The notes under the pieces were generated by a model. It searched no databases. It was not told where the DNA came from and worked only from the letters and a program-made list of their open reading frames with translations. This document shows, in pieces, positions 1 to 9,761 of a DNA stretch of 64,000 bases; the stretch's first letter is position 1, and every line of letters begins with the position of its first letter. Location of the stretch: NCBI GenBank assembly GCA_963823555.1, contig CAWGMA010000001.1, forward strand, positions 992,001-1,056,000. The letters run 5' to 3'. A program made the translations under genes and the position numbers. Source of the DNA: Candidatus Eiseniibacteriota bacterium. GTDB taxonomy: Bacteria > Eisenbacteria > RBG-16-71-46 > CAVPCR01.

Positions 1-657
1 GTGCTCAACGATTCGGTCTACAAGGACAACCGGATCCCGCCGCGGGGCTTCACCAATGCCGGCTTCGAGCTGGTGCAGGCGACCCCGGTCGATCCCGACT
101 GGCCGGGTCCGGGACCGCGCTACGAGGACGGGCAGTACTGGGATGTCGCCGAGTACGACCTGCCGGTGGCCACCGATCGGCTCGAGGTCGTCCTCTTCTA
201 CCAGACGACGTCCAAGGAGTACGTCGAGTTCCTGCTCGCGGAGAACTCGAGCAACGAGGCCGGGACTACCATGCACAACGCCTGGACCGCGCACGGGAGG
301 GCGGCCCCGGTGGCGATGGTGACCGAGATCGTCGATGTCGGTACGGTCGCTGTCGGCCCGGCCGGGACACCGCCCGTGGCCTTCGGTCTCGAGCGTCCGG
401 CGCCGAACCCGTTCCGGGGAGCTGGAACGCTCGCCTACCGGTTACCGGCCGCAGGGCAGGTGGAACTCGCGATCATCGACGTCCAGGGGCGGCGCGTGCG
501 GACGCTCGAGGCCGGGACCCAGGCCGCATCCGGCATCCACCGGGTCGCCTGGGACGGCCGCGACGACGCCGGCCGCGAGCTGGCCTCGGGGCTCTACTTC
601 GTCCGGCTCTCGAGCGGCGGCCAGGTCGCGGTCGAGCGGCTGGTCCTCGTCAAGTAA
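1..657 (+). CDS. 3' part of a secreted protein with C-terminal FlgD-Ig/T9SS-like sorting domain (partial; possibly multiheme cytochrome family)
   Basis: PAPNPF...WDGRDDAGRELASGLYFVRL...LVLVK C-terminus. The DNRIPPRGF segment resembles C-terminal regions of multiheme cytochromes, but no CxxCH motif lies in the window. Confidence 0.7.
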   Translation: MLNDSVYKDNRIPPRGFTNAGFELVQATPVDPDWPGPGPRYEDGQYWDVAEYDLPVATDRLEVVLFYQTTSKEYVEFLLAENSSNEAGTTMHNAWTAHGRAAPVAMVTEIVDVGTVAVGPAGTPPVAFGLERPAPNPFRGAGTLAYRLPAAGQVELAIIDVQGRRVRTLEAGTQAASGIHRVAWDGRDDAGRELASGLYFVRLSSGGQVAVERLVLVK

Positions 658-688
658 GCTCCGCCAGCACAACGTCTCCTGCGCTCGA

Positions 689-720
689 GGGGCGCGTTCC
701 GGATCTCCGGAACGCGCCCC
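689..720 (+). terminator. Stem-loop after the first CDS
   Basis: Perfect 15-bp inverted repeat GGGGCGCGTTCCGGA-TC-TCCGGAACGCGCCCC; the U-tract is weak. Confidence 0.55.
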
Positions 721-1131
721 GCGCATTTCTGCGGCAAGAAACCCATTCCCTGCTCATGTTCCCGGGTGCCAGGCCGAATCAAGGGTGAGGGCAAAGGCGC
801 GATCCGGGCCTTCCCCGGCGGCGGGGCGACTCGCCGGCCGCGTGGCGGACCGGATCCCGGCGCCGGAGCCCCCGGGGGAGGGCGCAGCGGGCGCGCACCT
901 CCGACATTCCCGGTCCCGATCCGTCCCCGTACGGAGCAGCGGGCAGACGACGGCCGCCGGACGGCACTGCAGCATGCAATGTCGACTGACGGGCTGCCGA
1001 ATGTCTCATGCGACGTGCACGCTGTCGGGACTGCATCGGGTGGAGGCACCCGCATGTTGGAGTGTGAGACACATTCCGAGACAGCAGTGATCATTGGACG
1101 CAAAAACGTGCTGTTCAACGCCGAAAACTAC

Positions 1132-1160
1132 TTGAGCGCCGTGGTACCGAACGGTATCGT
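1132..1160 (+). promoter_or_regulatory. Candidate sigma70 promoter of the tad operon
   Basis: TTGAGC-N17-TATCGT. Confidence 0.4.
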
Positions 1161-1347
1161 TAAGCGCGTCGGATGGGTGAAGGCTCCACGATCCGCAAGG
1201 AAAGAGGAGCTCCCGGCGAGACCCCTCGGCGGGACACCTGGCCCGACTCCTACGATCACGCTTCGTGTCCCGGAAACGGTCGCACGACGCACCACGATAG
1301 AAGGGCAGCTCAATCGAGAGCTGTCTCCTCTCCCGGAGGTAAGAACC

Positions 1348-1515
1348 ATGCTTCGCAAGCTCAACACCCTGCTCCGTCGCGACGAAGGTAACGACATGAT
1401 CGAGTACGCGCTCATCGCTGCCTTCATCTCGATCGTCGCCATCGTGGCTCTGCAGGCCATCGGTCCGCTGGTCCTCGGGATCTACCAGGACGTTCAGGCG
1501 GCCCTCGGCGGCTAG
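1348..1515 (+). CDS. flp: Flp family type IVb pilin
   Basis: RBS GGAGGT. MLRKLNTLLRRDEG|NDMIEYALIAAFISIVAIVAL has the GxxxxEY Flp motif followed by a hydrophobic helix; 55 aa. Confidence 0.92.
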   Translation: MLRKLNTLLRRDEGNDMIEYALIAAFISIVAIVALQAIGPLVLGIYQDVQAALGG

Positions 1516-1566
1516 ACCAGAGACCACTCTCGCGAACCTGGAAGATATCGGGGGCCCGAGATCAAC

Positions 1567-2118
1567 GTGTCTAATCTAAGCGCCACCATACCGGCTGGTC
1601 CGTTCTTGCTGGGTGCGCTCGTGCTCACACTCATCGCGGCAGGTTGGGATCTCGCCACCCGGCGGATTCCCAACCTGCTCACGATGACCGCCATGGCCCT
1701 GGGCGTGGCCGGTCATCTCGTGATGGGGCGGGAGACGGGACTCGCCTGGTCGTTGGCCGGTCTCTGCGTTGGTCTCGGGCTCCTCTTGGTCCCCGCTCTC
1801 ATCGGTGGCATGGGCGGGGGCGATCTCAAGCTGATGGGGGCGGTCGGTGCCATCGTCGGTCCCCTCGCCGTGTTCGAGATCGCGTTGGTGTCCGCGGTGG
1901 CCGGGGGAATCCTGGCGTTCGCGGTGGCGCTCCGGCGCAGGGTCGCGCGTGCGGCCTTTCGCCAGGCGTTCGCCCTCGTACGTCCCGGTTCCTCGTCGGA
2001 TGCCGCATGTTCCCCTGACGATGCCGCTCCAGCGCCCGGTGCCCTCGGCACCATCCCCTACGGAGTGGCGATTGGTCTTGGCACCTGGGTTTGCCTGCTG
2101 GGTCATGGGCCGCTCTGA
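1567..2118 (+). CDS. cpaA: Prepilin peptidase (A24), CpaA/TadV
   Basis: WDLATRRIPN, GMGGGDLKLM and IPYGVAI motifs. Confidence 0.92.
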   Translation: MSNLSATIPAGPFLLGALVLTLIAAGWDLATRRIPNLLTMTAMALGVAGHLVMGRETGLAWSLAGLCVGLGLLLVPALIGGMGGGDLKLMGAVGAIVGPLAVFEIALVSAVAGGILAFAVALRRRVARAAFRQAFALVRPGSSSDAACSPDDAAPAPGALGTIPYGVAIGLGTWVCLLGHGPL

Positions 2119-2320
2119 TCGTTCGTGATCGGCCCCTGGTCCAGCGCACGCAATGAATCAGGACGAAACGGACCCGATCTCCGCCTAACCCGCGGGGGGA
2201 CGGTCCGAGATGGCGTGCTCATCTAAGGCTCCGGAACTCGACGCGCCGAGGGCAGCACCCCCGGCGGCAGGGACCGTGTCCGGGCGAGCGCGCGGCCGGT
2301 AAGCGGCCGGGAGGATTTCT

Positions 2321-3193
2321 GTGCGCCACCGAGGTGGAGTCGTCGCTCTGGTCCTGGCCATCCTCTTTGGCCTCCTGGGCGGCGCGACGACCCTGATCTA
2401 TCTGCGCCAGGCCGGCGCCACCAACGCGTCCTCGTTCCCCACGCTGCCCGTCGTGGTGGCCACGTCCGATCTCACTTTCGGCACCGTCATCAAGCCGGAG
2501 CACGTGAAGGTCGTCAACTACCCGAAGGAAAGCGTTCCCGTTGGCGCGTACACGGACCCGGATTCCCTGGTCGGACAGACCACGAAGGTTTTCCTGAACT
2601 CACGCGAGCCGATCCTCGCCACCAAGCTGTCATCGGTCGGTGGCGGTCTTTCGGTCCGCATTCCCCTCAACATGCGCGCGACGAGCATGAACGTGAACGT
2701 CGTCTCCGGGGTCAGCGGGTTCGTGCTGCCTGGCGACCGCGTTGACGTGCTGGTCGTCATCGATCGCACCAATCAGCAGAAGGATGCGGTCACGCGCACC
2801 ATTCTCCAGAACATCGAGGTGCTTGCCGCCGGTCAGAAGACCGAGCAGAAGGGCGACGACCCGATCAAGGTGCAGTCGGTCACCCTGCTCGTCGATCCGG
2901 AGGGCGCCGAGCGGCTCGCGCTCGCGCTCCATGAAGGCAAGCTCCATCTCGTCCTGCGCAACCCGGCGGATCAGGAGATCGCCGACGTCAAGGCGTACTC
3001 GACGGGCGACATGCTCGGAGAGAAGGCCACGAAGCCGGCACCACGTCCCGTCGTGCGCAGGAGGGAGCCGCCGAAGCCCGCTCCGGTCGCCGAGGTCAAG
3101 CCACCCGAGAAGCAGACCGTCACGCTGATCAAGGGTGTCAAGGTCGAGGAGAAGGAGCCGGCGATGCTCGATAAGAACGGATCGAGTGACTGA
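2321..3193 (+). CDS. cpaB: Flp pilus assembly protein CpaB/RcpC
   Basis: SAF-like region plus GVSGFVLPGDRVDVL, ILQNIEVLA and LHLVLRNP motifs. Confidence 0.93.
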   Translation: MRHRGGVVALVLAILFGLLGGATTLIYLRQAGATNASSFPTLPVVVATSDLTFGTVIKPEHVKVVNYPKESVPVGAYTDPDSLVGQTTKVFLNSREPILATKLSSVGGGLSVRIPLNMRATSMNVNVVSGVSGFVLPGDRVDVLVVIDRTNQQKDAVTRTILQNIEVLAAGQKTEQKGDDPIKVQSVTLLVDPEGAERLALALHEGKLHLVLRNPADQEIADVKAYSTGDMLGEKATKPAPRPVVRRREPPKPAPVAEVKPPEKQTVTLIKGVKVEEKEPAMLDKNGSSD

Positions 3194-3299
3194 TTGAACC
3201 CCGGAGGCGGCTCCGTCCAGCCGCTGCCGGCGCTCGACGACGCGTAAGAGCAAGGAATCACCAGACCGCGGCAATGGCCGCAATCAGAGGGCTTACCTC

Positions 3300-4418
3300 A
3301 TGAGAACCATGATCCAGGCGCACGCCGTGCGTCGCCTTCCGATCGCGCTGCTCATCGGCGTGGCCGTGCTCGCCCAGGCCGCCGTCGCCAGTGGAGCGGC
3401 ACCCGAGCAGCTGTCCGTCACGCTCAAGAAGTCGACGCTTCTCGAGCTCGGCCTGCCGGTCGAGACGGTCTCGATCACCGACACCGATATCGCCGACTTC
3501 GTCGTGGCAGCGAAGACCCAGGTTCTGATCCACGGCAAGAAGGAAGGGACGACGTCCCTCGTGGTCTGGGTCCAGGGCGGCAGCCACCGGAGCTTTGATC
3601 TCGTCGTTCAGCGCGGTCCGGCTCCCAAGCAGGTTCAGCTCAGCGTCCGCGTCGCCGAGGTCAACCAGACCAAGCTCACGCAGTACGGCATCGACTACCT
3701 CGTGCGCTCCTTCGAGGGGCCGCGTAGTGACCGGGCGGCCGGCGTCTACCCGGGGAACGTCGCCAAGCCGGCGATCCCGCTCGCCGCGGGTTCGCTGCCC
3801 GAATACCCCGACGACTCCGACATCGTGCTGCGCTGGATCAAGGGTTCGGAGCAGTACGAGATGATCCTGCATGCCCTGCAGCAGAACGGTTTCGTCAACG
3901 TGCTCGCCCGTCCCGATCTGATCTGTGTCGATGGCAAGGAGGCGAGCTTCCTCGCCGGCGGCGAGATTCCGGTGCCGGTGGCTCAGACCTCCTCGGCCGG
4001 TGGGACCACGGTGACGGTGGAGTGGCGCGAGTTCGGCACCCGGCTCAACTTCAAGCCCACCATCGTCGACGACAACGTGGTCCATCTCCGCGTGGAACCG
4101 GAGGTCTCGATTCTCGACTACACCAACGCCGTCGTCATCGGAGGCTACGTCGTGCCGGCGCTGCGCACGCGGCGCGCTGACACCGAGGTCGAGCTCCGTG
4201 AGGGCGAGAGCTTCGTCATCGGCGGTCTCGAGTCGCAGGCGGAGCGGAGGATCGAGGACAAGATTCCGATCATCGGGGACATCCCGCTCCTCGGCTATCT
4301 CTTCCGCAGCATTGACAAGCAGATGGAGACGAGCGAGCTCATGATCGTGGTGTCGCCGAAGATCGTGAACCCGCTCCGGTCGGATCAGGTGCCGCCGCTA
4401 CCAGGAGAGAAGAAGTAG
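3300..4418 (+). CDS. cpaC: Tad secretin CpaC/RcpA
   Basis: Signal peptide; ASFLAGGEIPVP, EFGTRLNFKP and KIPIIGDIPLLGYLFRS motifs. Confidence 0.93.
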   Translation: MRTMIQAHAVRRLPIALLIGVAVLAQAAVASGAAPEQLSVTLKKSTLLELGLPVETVSITDTDIADFVVAAKTQVLIHGKKEGTTSLVVWVQGGSHRSFDLVVQRGPAPKQVQLSVRVAEVNQTKLTQYGIDYLVRSFEGPRSDRAAGVYPGNVAKPAIPLAAGSLPEYPDDSDIVLRWIKGSEQYEMILHALQQNGFVNVLARPDLICVDGKEASFLAGGEIPVPVAQTSSAGGTTVTVEWREFGTRLNFKPTIVDDNVVHLRVEPEVSILDYTNAVVIGGYVVPALRTRRADTEVELREGESFVIGGLESQAERRIEDKIPIIGDIPLLGYLFRSIDKQMETSELMIVVSPKIVNPLRSDQVPPLPGEKK

Positions 4419-4523
4419 GGGGCAGGTAAAGGGCCAGGCGGCGCTTCGAGTCCGCCTGACGTCGATCGCGGTCCGCGACCGCTCCGGCCGCCGGATCCCG
4501 CGATCATCGAGAGAGAGGTCATC

Positions 4524-5864
4524 GTGGAGCTGAAAGTCCTCGTCGTTGATGCCGACCAGTCGATCCGGCAGTCCATCCGCAACATGCTCCAGAGCCATGG
4601 TGATGTCGAGATCGCCGGCGAGGCCGAGGATGCGGCCGCCGCCCGGCGTCTGGCCACCGAGCGGCGTCCGGATGCGGTCCTGCTCGAGATCGGTGAGCGT
4701 GCGGAGGAGGCCTTTGCCCTGGCGGAGTGGCTGAGGGTCGAGCAATCGGATGCGGCCGTGGTGATGACATCCTCCGCGGTGCGCCCGGAGGTCATGCGCC
4801 GGGCGATGCGCGCCGGTGCTCAGGACCTGATCGCGCGGCCCGTGGATGCCTGTCAGCTGCAGCAGGCTCTCGACCACGCCATGCAGCAGAAGGCCCTGCG
4901 TCTCCGCGCCCTCGGCGCCCGGGGGATGGTCACCGCGGTGCTCGGGGTCAGCGGTGGCATCGGAACCACCACCATCGCCACCAACCTGGCTGTCGGCATG
5001 GCCCCGGACTTCGGTCCGGTCGTTCTCGTCGACTTCGACTTCGACATGGGGGCGGTGCCGAGTTTCCTCGATCTCGGACCGGAGCGCACCTACCTGGATC
5101 TGCGCCGGACCAGCGAAGGCCTCGATGCCGATGGACTCCGGCAGTTCACCCCGCGCCATCGCACGGGGGTCTTCATGCTCGCCGGCCCGCAGAAGCTGGA
5201 GGAGCTCGACGAGGTCACGCCCGACGACATCGGGAAGGTGCTCAACCTGTGCCGCTCCGCCTTCCGGCAAGTGGTGGTGGATGGAGGGCACGGTCTCGAC
5301 GAGCGCCGGATCGAGGTTCTCGATCGGGCGGATCGCATTCTCCTCGTGACCCAGTTGAGTGTGGTGTCGCTGCGCAATGCGCGCCGGGTCATCGAGCTCA
5401 TGGGCCGCCTCGGATATCAGGACGGTCGCATCAAGCTCGTGGCCAACCGGGTGTCCAAGAGCAGCGGGGTCACGTCGGAGGACGTCGAGCGCAGCCTCGG
5501 CCAGAAGCTCGATTTCCAGGTCTTCAACGACTACCCGGCGGCGATCGACGCCATCGACACCGGCGTGCCCATGGTGGAGGGCAGCCGGAAGTCGCGGGCT
5601 GTGGCCGATCTCCTGGCCATGGCGCGCGACCTGGCCGAGGCGACACCGTCCAAGGCTGCGGCCAAGATCGGAGCCGCGGCATTGGCTGGCGGGGCCGCCC
5701 GCGGATCCACCACTGGAGCCAAGGCGGCCGGGCTCGCGGCCGATGCTGCGGGAGCGAGCGGGCGTACGGGTGGGGGCTCCGCGGAGCCCCGGCGTGAGGA
5801 ACGGACGGAAGGGGTTCTCCGGCGCTTCATCTTCGGCGCGCCGGGAACCAAGGAAAGGGACTAG
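4524..5864 (+). CDS. cpaE: CpaE/TadZ (receiver domain + MinD/ParA-like ATPase)
   Basis: N-terminal REC domain, deviant Walker A GVSGGIGTTTIATNLA, position in the tad operon. Confidence 0.9.
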   Translation: MELKVLVVDADQSIRQSIRNMLQSHGDVEIAGEAEDAAAARRLATERRPDAVLLEIGERAEEAFALAEWLRVEQSDAAVVMTSSAVRPEVMRRAMRAGAQDLIARPVDACQLQQALDHAMQQKALRLRALGARGMVTAVLGVSGGIGTTTIATNLAVGMAPDFGPVVLVDFDFDMGAVPSFLDLGPERTYLDLRRTSEGLDADGLRQFTPRHRTGVFMLAGPQKLEELDEVTPDDIGKVLNLCRSAFRQVVVDGGHGLDERRIEVLDRADRILLVTQLSVVSLRNARRVIELMGRLGYQDGRIKLVANRVSKSSGVTSEDVERSLGQKLDFQVFNDYPAAIDAIDTGVPMVEGSRKSRAVADLLAMARDLAEATPSKAAAKIGAAALAGGAARGSTTGAKAAGLAADAAGASGRTGGGSAEPRREERTEGVLRRFIFGAPGTKERD

Positions 5865-5867
5865 GTC

Positions 5868-7289
5868 ATGGCTCTCAAGGACCGACTGGCGTTTCGCGGC
5901 AAGCCCGGCCCCGAGGACAAGAAGCCTCCGCAGACCGATGGGGCGCTCGCGCTCAACCGCGAGCGGGATCGCGGGCGCGAGGCGGCGCGCGAGCGAGACC
6001 GGGAACGCGAGCGGATGGCGGTGTTCGATCCGCTCCTCGACCGCCTGCGCGGCGCCATCCTCGAGCGTCTGAACTTCCTGCGCGTGGGGGAGATGTCGAA
6101 GGAAGACCTTCGGCGCCAGATCCGCCACGTGGTCGAGGTCCTGATCGGTGAGATGAACCTCGATCTCAACGAATCGACCCGGGCCCAGATCCTGGAGAGC
6201 ATCGAGGACGAGATGCTGGGGCTGGGACCGATCCAGCAGTTCATGCGCGATCCGATGATCTCCGACATCCTGGTCAACGGGGCCAAGCAGGTCTACATCG
6301 AGCGCTTCGGCAAGCTCGAGATGACCGATACCACGTTCCGGGACGATCAGCACGTGATGCAGATCATCGAGCGCATCGTGTCGCAGGTCGGCCGGCACAT
6401 CGACGAGTCGTCGCCGATGGTCGACGCCCGCCTCGAGGACGGCTCGCGCGTGAACGCGATCATTCCCCCGCTGGCGCTCGACGGGCCGATGCTCTCGATC
6501 CGCCGGTTCGGCACCCGCACCTTCGACATGGAGGATCTGCTCGAGTTCGGAACCCTGACCCGCCCGATCGCCGAGTTCCTGCAGGGAGCCGTGCGGGCGC
6601 GCGTCAACATCCTGATCTCGGGCGGCACCGGGTCCGGAAAGACGACGCTCCTGAACGCGCTGTCGGCCTTCGTTCCGGCCGACGAGCGCATCGTCACCAT
6701 CGAGGACTCGGCCGAGCTCCAGCTCCTGCAGCCGCACGTCGTCCGCCTCGAGACCCGGCCGCCCAACATCGAAGGCCGGGGGCGGGTCACGCAGCGCGAT
6801 CTCGTTCGCAACGCGCTCCGCATGCGTCCCGACCGCATCATCGTCGGTGAGGTCCGTGGCGACGAAGCGCTCGACATGATGCAGGCGATGAACACCGGCC
6901 ACGACGGCTCGATCACCACCATGCACGCCAACTCGACCCGCGACGCCCTCTCCCGTCTCGAGACGCTGGTCATGCTCTCCGGCTTCCAGATCCCCGACCG
7001 CGCCATCCGCGAGCAGGTGGCTTCCGCGCTCGAGCTCCTGGTCCACGTCAGCCGCATGTCGGATGGCACCCGCCGCTTGACCAACGTGAGCGAGGTCGTG
7101 GGTATGGAGGGTGACGTCGTGACCACGCAGGACATCTTCGCCTTCCACAAGCAGGGGGTGGGGGAGGACGGCAAGGTACTGGGCCGGCATCTGGCGCTCG
7201 GCGTGCGGCCGGTCCTGATGGAGCGACTCAAGACCGCCGGCGTGCATCTCGATCCCGAGATGTTCGCCCATCCGGATGAGGTGCGCTGA
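5868..7289 (+). CDS. cpaF: CpaF/TadA secretion ATPase
   Basis: GGTGSGKTT, LRMRPDRIIVGEVRG and AMNTGHDG motifs. Confidence 0.96.
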   Translation: MALKDRLAFRGKPGPEDKKPPQTDGALALNRERDRGREAARERDRERERMAVFDPLLDRLRGAILERLNFLRVGEMSKEDLRRQIRHVVEVLIGEMNLDLNESTRAQILESIEDEMLGLGPIQQFMRDPMISDILVNGAKQVYIERFGKLEMTDTTFRDDQHVMQIIERIVSQVGRHIDESSPMVDARLEDGSRVNAIIPPLALDGPMLSIRRFGTRTFDMEDLLEFGTLTRPIAEFLQGAVRARVNILISGGTGSGKTTLLNALSAFVPADERIVTIEDSAELQLLQPHVVRLETRPPNIEGRGRVTQRDLVRNALRMRPDRIIVGEVRGDEALDMMQAMNTGHDGSITTMHANSTRDALSRLETLVMLSGFQIPDRAIREQVASALELLVHVSRMSDGTRRLTNVSEVVGMEGDVVTTQDIFAFHKQGVGEDGKVLGRHLALGVRPVLMERLKTAGVHLDPEMFAHPDEVR

Positions 7290-8245
7290 TGTTCTTCATT
7301 CTCACCGGGGCGCTGGCCTTCCTGGCCATTGTCTTCCTGACGATCGGGTTCTCCTCGTTCGGCAAGAACCAGCGGGAGGAGGCCATCCGGCGCCGCCTGG
7401 CGCTGGGGGACGGGCCGGTCGACGCCCTCGATTCCTCGATCTTCCGCGCCGATCAGATGAGCTCGATCGGGGCCGTCAACCGGATCCTGAATCAGCTGCA
7501 CATCGCCCGGCGGGCCGGAAGCCTGCTGACGCAGGCCGGGATGTCCATGAAGGTGAGCGTCTTCTTCTTCCTGAGCCTGGTCTCGGGGGTCATCGCCGGC
7601 TATGTCGCGATGCTCTTCCTGCATGAGTTCTCGCTCGCGCTTCTCGTCTTCGTCGCGGCGGGTCTCATTCCACTGGTCGTCGTGCTGGGCAAGCGGGCGC
7701 GCCGGATGAAGCTCTTCAGCGAGCAGTTCCCGGATGCGCTGGACATGATCGTCAATGCCCTCAGGGCGGGCTTCGCCCTCGGCGGGGCGATCCAGATGGT
7801 GGCCGAAGAGGCGCCGGAGCCGGTGGCCACCGAGTTCCGCATCCTCTTCGAGGAGCAGAAGCTCGGGCTCGACATCCGGCAGGCCATGGTCAACTTCTCC
7901 GACCGCAACGCCTCGACGGATGCGGCGATCTTCGCCACGGCGATCATGATCCAGCGGGATACGGGCGGCAACCTGGCCGAGGTGCTGGAGAAGATCGCCT
8001 ATGTGATCCGCGATCGCTTCCGCATCCTGGGCGATGTCCGGACCTTCACGGCACAGGGGCGACTGTCGGGGTTCATCCTCGCCCTGCTGCCGATCTTCCT
8101 CGGCATCGCGATCTCGATCATCAGCCCCGGCTACATGGATCACCTGTTCGAGGATCCGATGGGCTCGGTGCTGATCACGACGGCGGTGATCCTTCAGGTC
8201 GTGGGTTTCCTCACCATCCGGAAGATCGTCAACTTCAAGGTCTAG
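7289..8245 (+). CDS. tadB: TadB (T2SSF family) membrane platform protein
   Basis: QFPDALDMIVNALRAG, QRDTGGNLAEVL and TAQGRLSG motifs. Confidence 0.93.
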   Translation: MFFILTGALAFLAIVFLTIGFSSFGKNQREEAIRRRLALGDGPVDALDSSIFRADQMSSIGAVNRILNQLHIARRAGSLLTQAGMSMKVSVFFFLSLVSGVIAGYVAMLFLHEFSLALLVFVAAGLIPLVVVLGKRARRMKLFSEQFPDALDMIVNALRAGFALGGAIQMVAEEAPEPVATEFRILFEEQKLGLDIRQAMVNFSDRNASTDAAIFATAIMIQRDTGGNLAEVLEKIAYVIRDRFRILGDVRTFTAQGRLSGFILALLPIFLGIAISIISPGYMDHLFEDPMGSVLITTAVILQVVGFLTIRKIVNFKV

Positions 8246-8267
8246 AGCCGGAGCGCGGGAGCAAACC

Positions 8268-9193
8268 ATGAATCTCGTCTTGAGTCTGGCCTTCCTCGCC
8301 ACCGCCTTCCTCTTGGCGGCGGTGGCCACCCGCTCGCTGATGGTGCGGCGGAGCGCCACTGTCGAGCGGCGTTTGCGCGAGATCGCGCCGGGCGCCGATG
8401 GTGAGGGGGGGCGCCGCTCAGGGAGCCCGCCGGGCCCCTGACGCGGCTCCTCATGTTTGCCGCCACCTTCATGCCGGGCTCGCTCCGGGGGCGGGGCCTC
8501 CGCGAACAGCTCGCCGGCGCCGGGTTCTACAACATCGATGCCGTGCCCATGTTCGTCGGCTCGAAGCTGGTGGGAGCCGCGGTGGCGGCTCTCCTCTGCT
8601 ACGAGATCGGCGTGCTCCTGCACCACGCGCCATCCCAGCAGGCGCTCTACGGCCTCATGGGCGGTGTCGCCGGTTTCCTGGCCCCCTCGATCTGGGTGTG
8701 GTCGCGGGCCACGAGCCGGCGCGAGGCCATTCGCCTTGCGCTCCCCGACGCGCTCGATCTCCTCGTGGTCTGTGTCGAGGCGGGACTCGGCCTCAACGCC
8801 GCGCTCGTGCGTGTGGGCCGGGAGCTGCGCTGGAACTGCCGCCCGCTCTCCGAGGAGCTGGCGCTCATCAACCAGGAGATGCGGGCCGGCTTGCCGCGCA
8901 ACGTGGCGCTACGCAACTTCGCCGGCCGGGTGCCGGTCCCGGATATCCAGTCGCTGGTGGCGATGTTCGTCCAGACCGACCGCTTGGGCACGTCGATCGC
9001 GCGCTCGCTCCGTGTGCACGCCGATTCCTTGCGCACCAAGCGCCGGCAGCGCGCCGAGGAGAAGGCCCGGGCGGCGACGATCAAGCTCATCTTCCCGCTC
9101 GTGTTCTTCATCTTCCCGGAACTCCTGGTCGTGATCCTGGGACCGGCCGGCATCCGGCTCTGGAACACGCTCCGGGAAGTGGTCGACAAGTAG
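8268..9193 (+). CDS. tadC: TadC, split by a frameshift at the G7 tract (8405-8411)
   Basis: ATG 8268 gives the TM segment MNLVLSLAFLATAF... and stops at 8439-8441. The TadC core (LPDALDLLVVCVEAGLGL, KLIFPLVFFIFP) is in another frame; one extra G joins them. Confidence 0.88.
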
Positions 9194-9270
9194 TGAAGGT
9201 CGTGGTGCTCGGCCGCGAGACATCGCGAGCCGGGCGCTCCGGCGCCAGGGCGCCGGCGGAGGCTGCAACG

Positions 9271-9693
9271 ATGCTCAAGCGCAAGCCAGGTCTCGCAAGT
9301 ATTCGCACCCGGATCGGCGGGGCGAGGGGCAACGCCATGATCGAGCTCGCGCTCCTCCTGCCGCTCCTCCTTCTCGTGCTCTTCGGGATCACCGAGGTCG
9401 GGCGCGCGATCGCGACCACGGCCACGCTCAACGCCGCCGCCCGGGAGGGAGCGCGCATCGCCGCGGTCACCGCCCCGAACGTCGCTGCCGTGAACACCCG
9501 GATCAACGAGGTGCTGGCCGCGGCCGCGGTCACGCCGAGCTCGATCACGGTCGAAGGGCCGGTCGGGACCTCGGAGCAGACGGTCACGGTCACCGTGCGT
9601 TCAGACTTCGATGTGCTCTCCGGCACCATTCTCGACTCCTTCGCGGGCACCATCACGCTTCGCGGCGTGGCGGTCATGCGCCACGAGAGCTAA
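9271..9693 (+). CDS. tadE: TadE-like pseudopilin
   Basis: RGNAMIELALLLPLLLLVLFGITEVGR...AAREGAR. Confidence 0.9.
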   Translation: MLKRKPGLASIRTRIGGARGNAMIELALLLPLLLLVLFGITEVGRAIATTATLNAAAREGARIAAVTAPNVAAVNTRINEVLAAAAVTPSSITVEGPVGTSEQTVTVTVRSDFDVLSGTILDSFAGTITLRGVAVMRHES

Positions 9694-9761
9694 CCGGCCG
9701 TACACGGGCCGGTGCCCACGATCCCGGCCCGTCCAGTTCGCGCCAGAGTGATGAGGACGCC

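Noticed and set aside
961..980. Sigma54 promoter CGGCACTGCAGCATGC upstream of flp
   Set aside because: The GG-to-GC spacing is 11 nt instead of the required 10.
1090..1110. GACGCAAA as part of a c-di-GMP-I riboswitch
   Set aside because: The flanking GGCAAA/GAAA P2 and P3 elements are missing, and the site lies upstream of the predicted promoter.
766..1347. N-terminal extension of the pilin ORF (249 aa)
   Set aside because: The RBS and Flp leader place the start at 1348.
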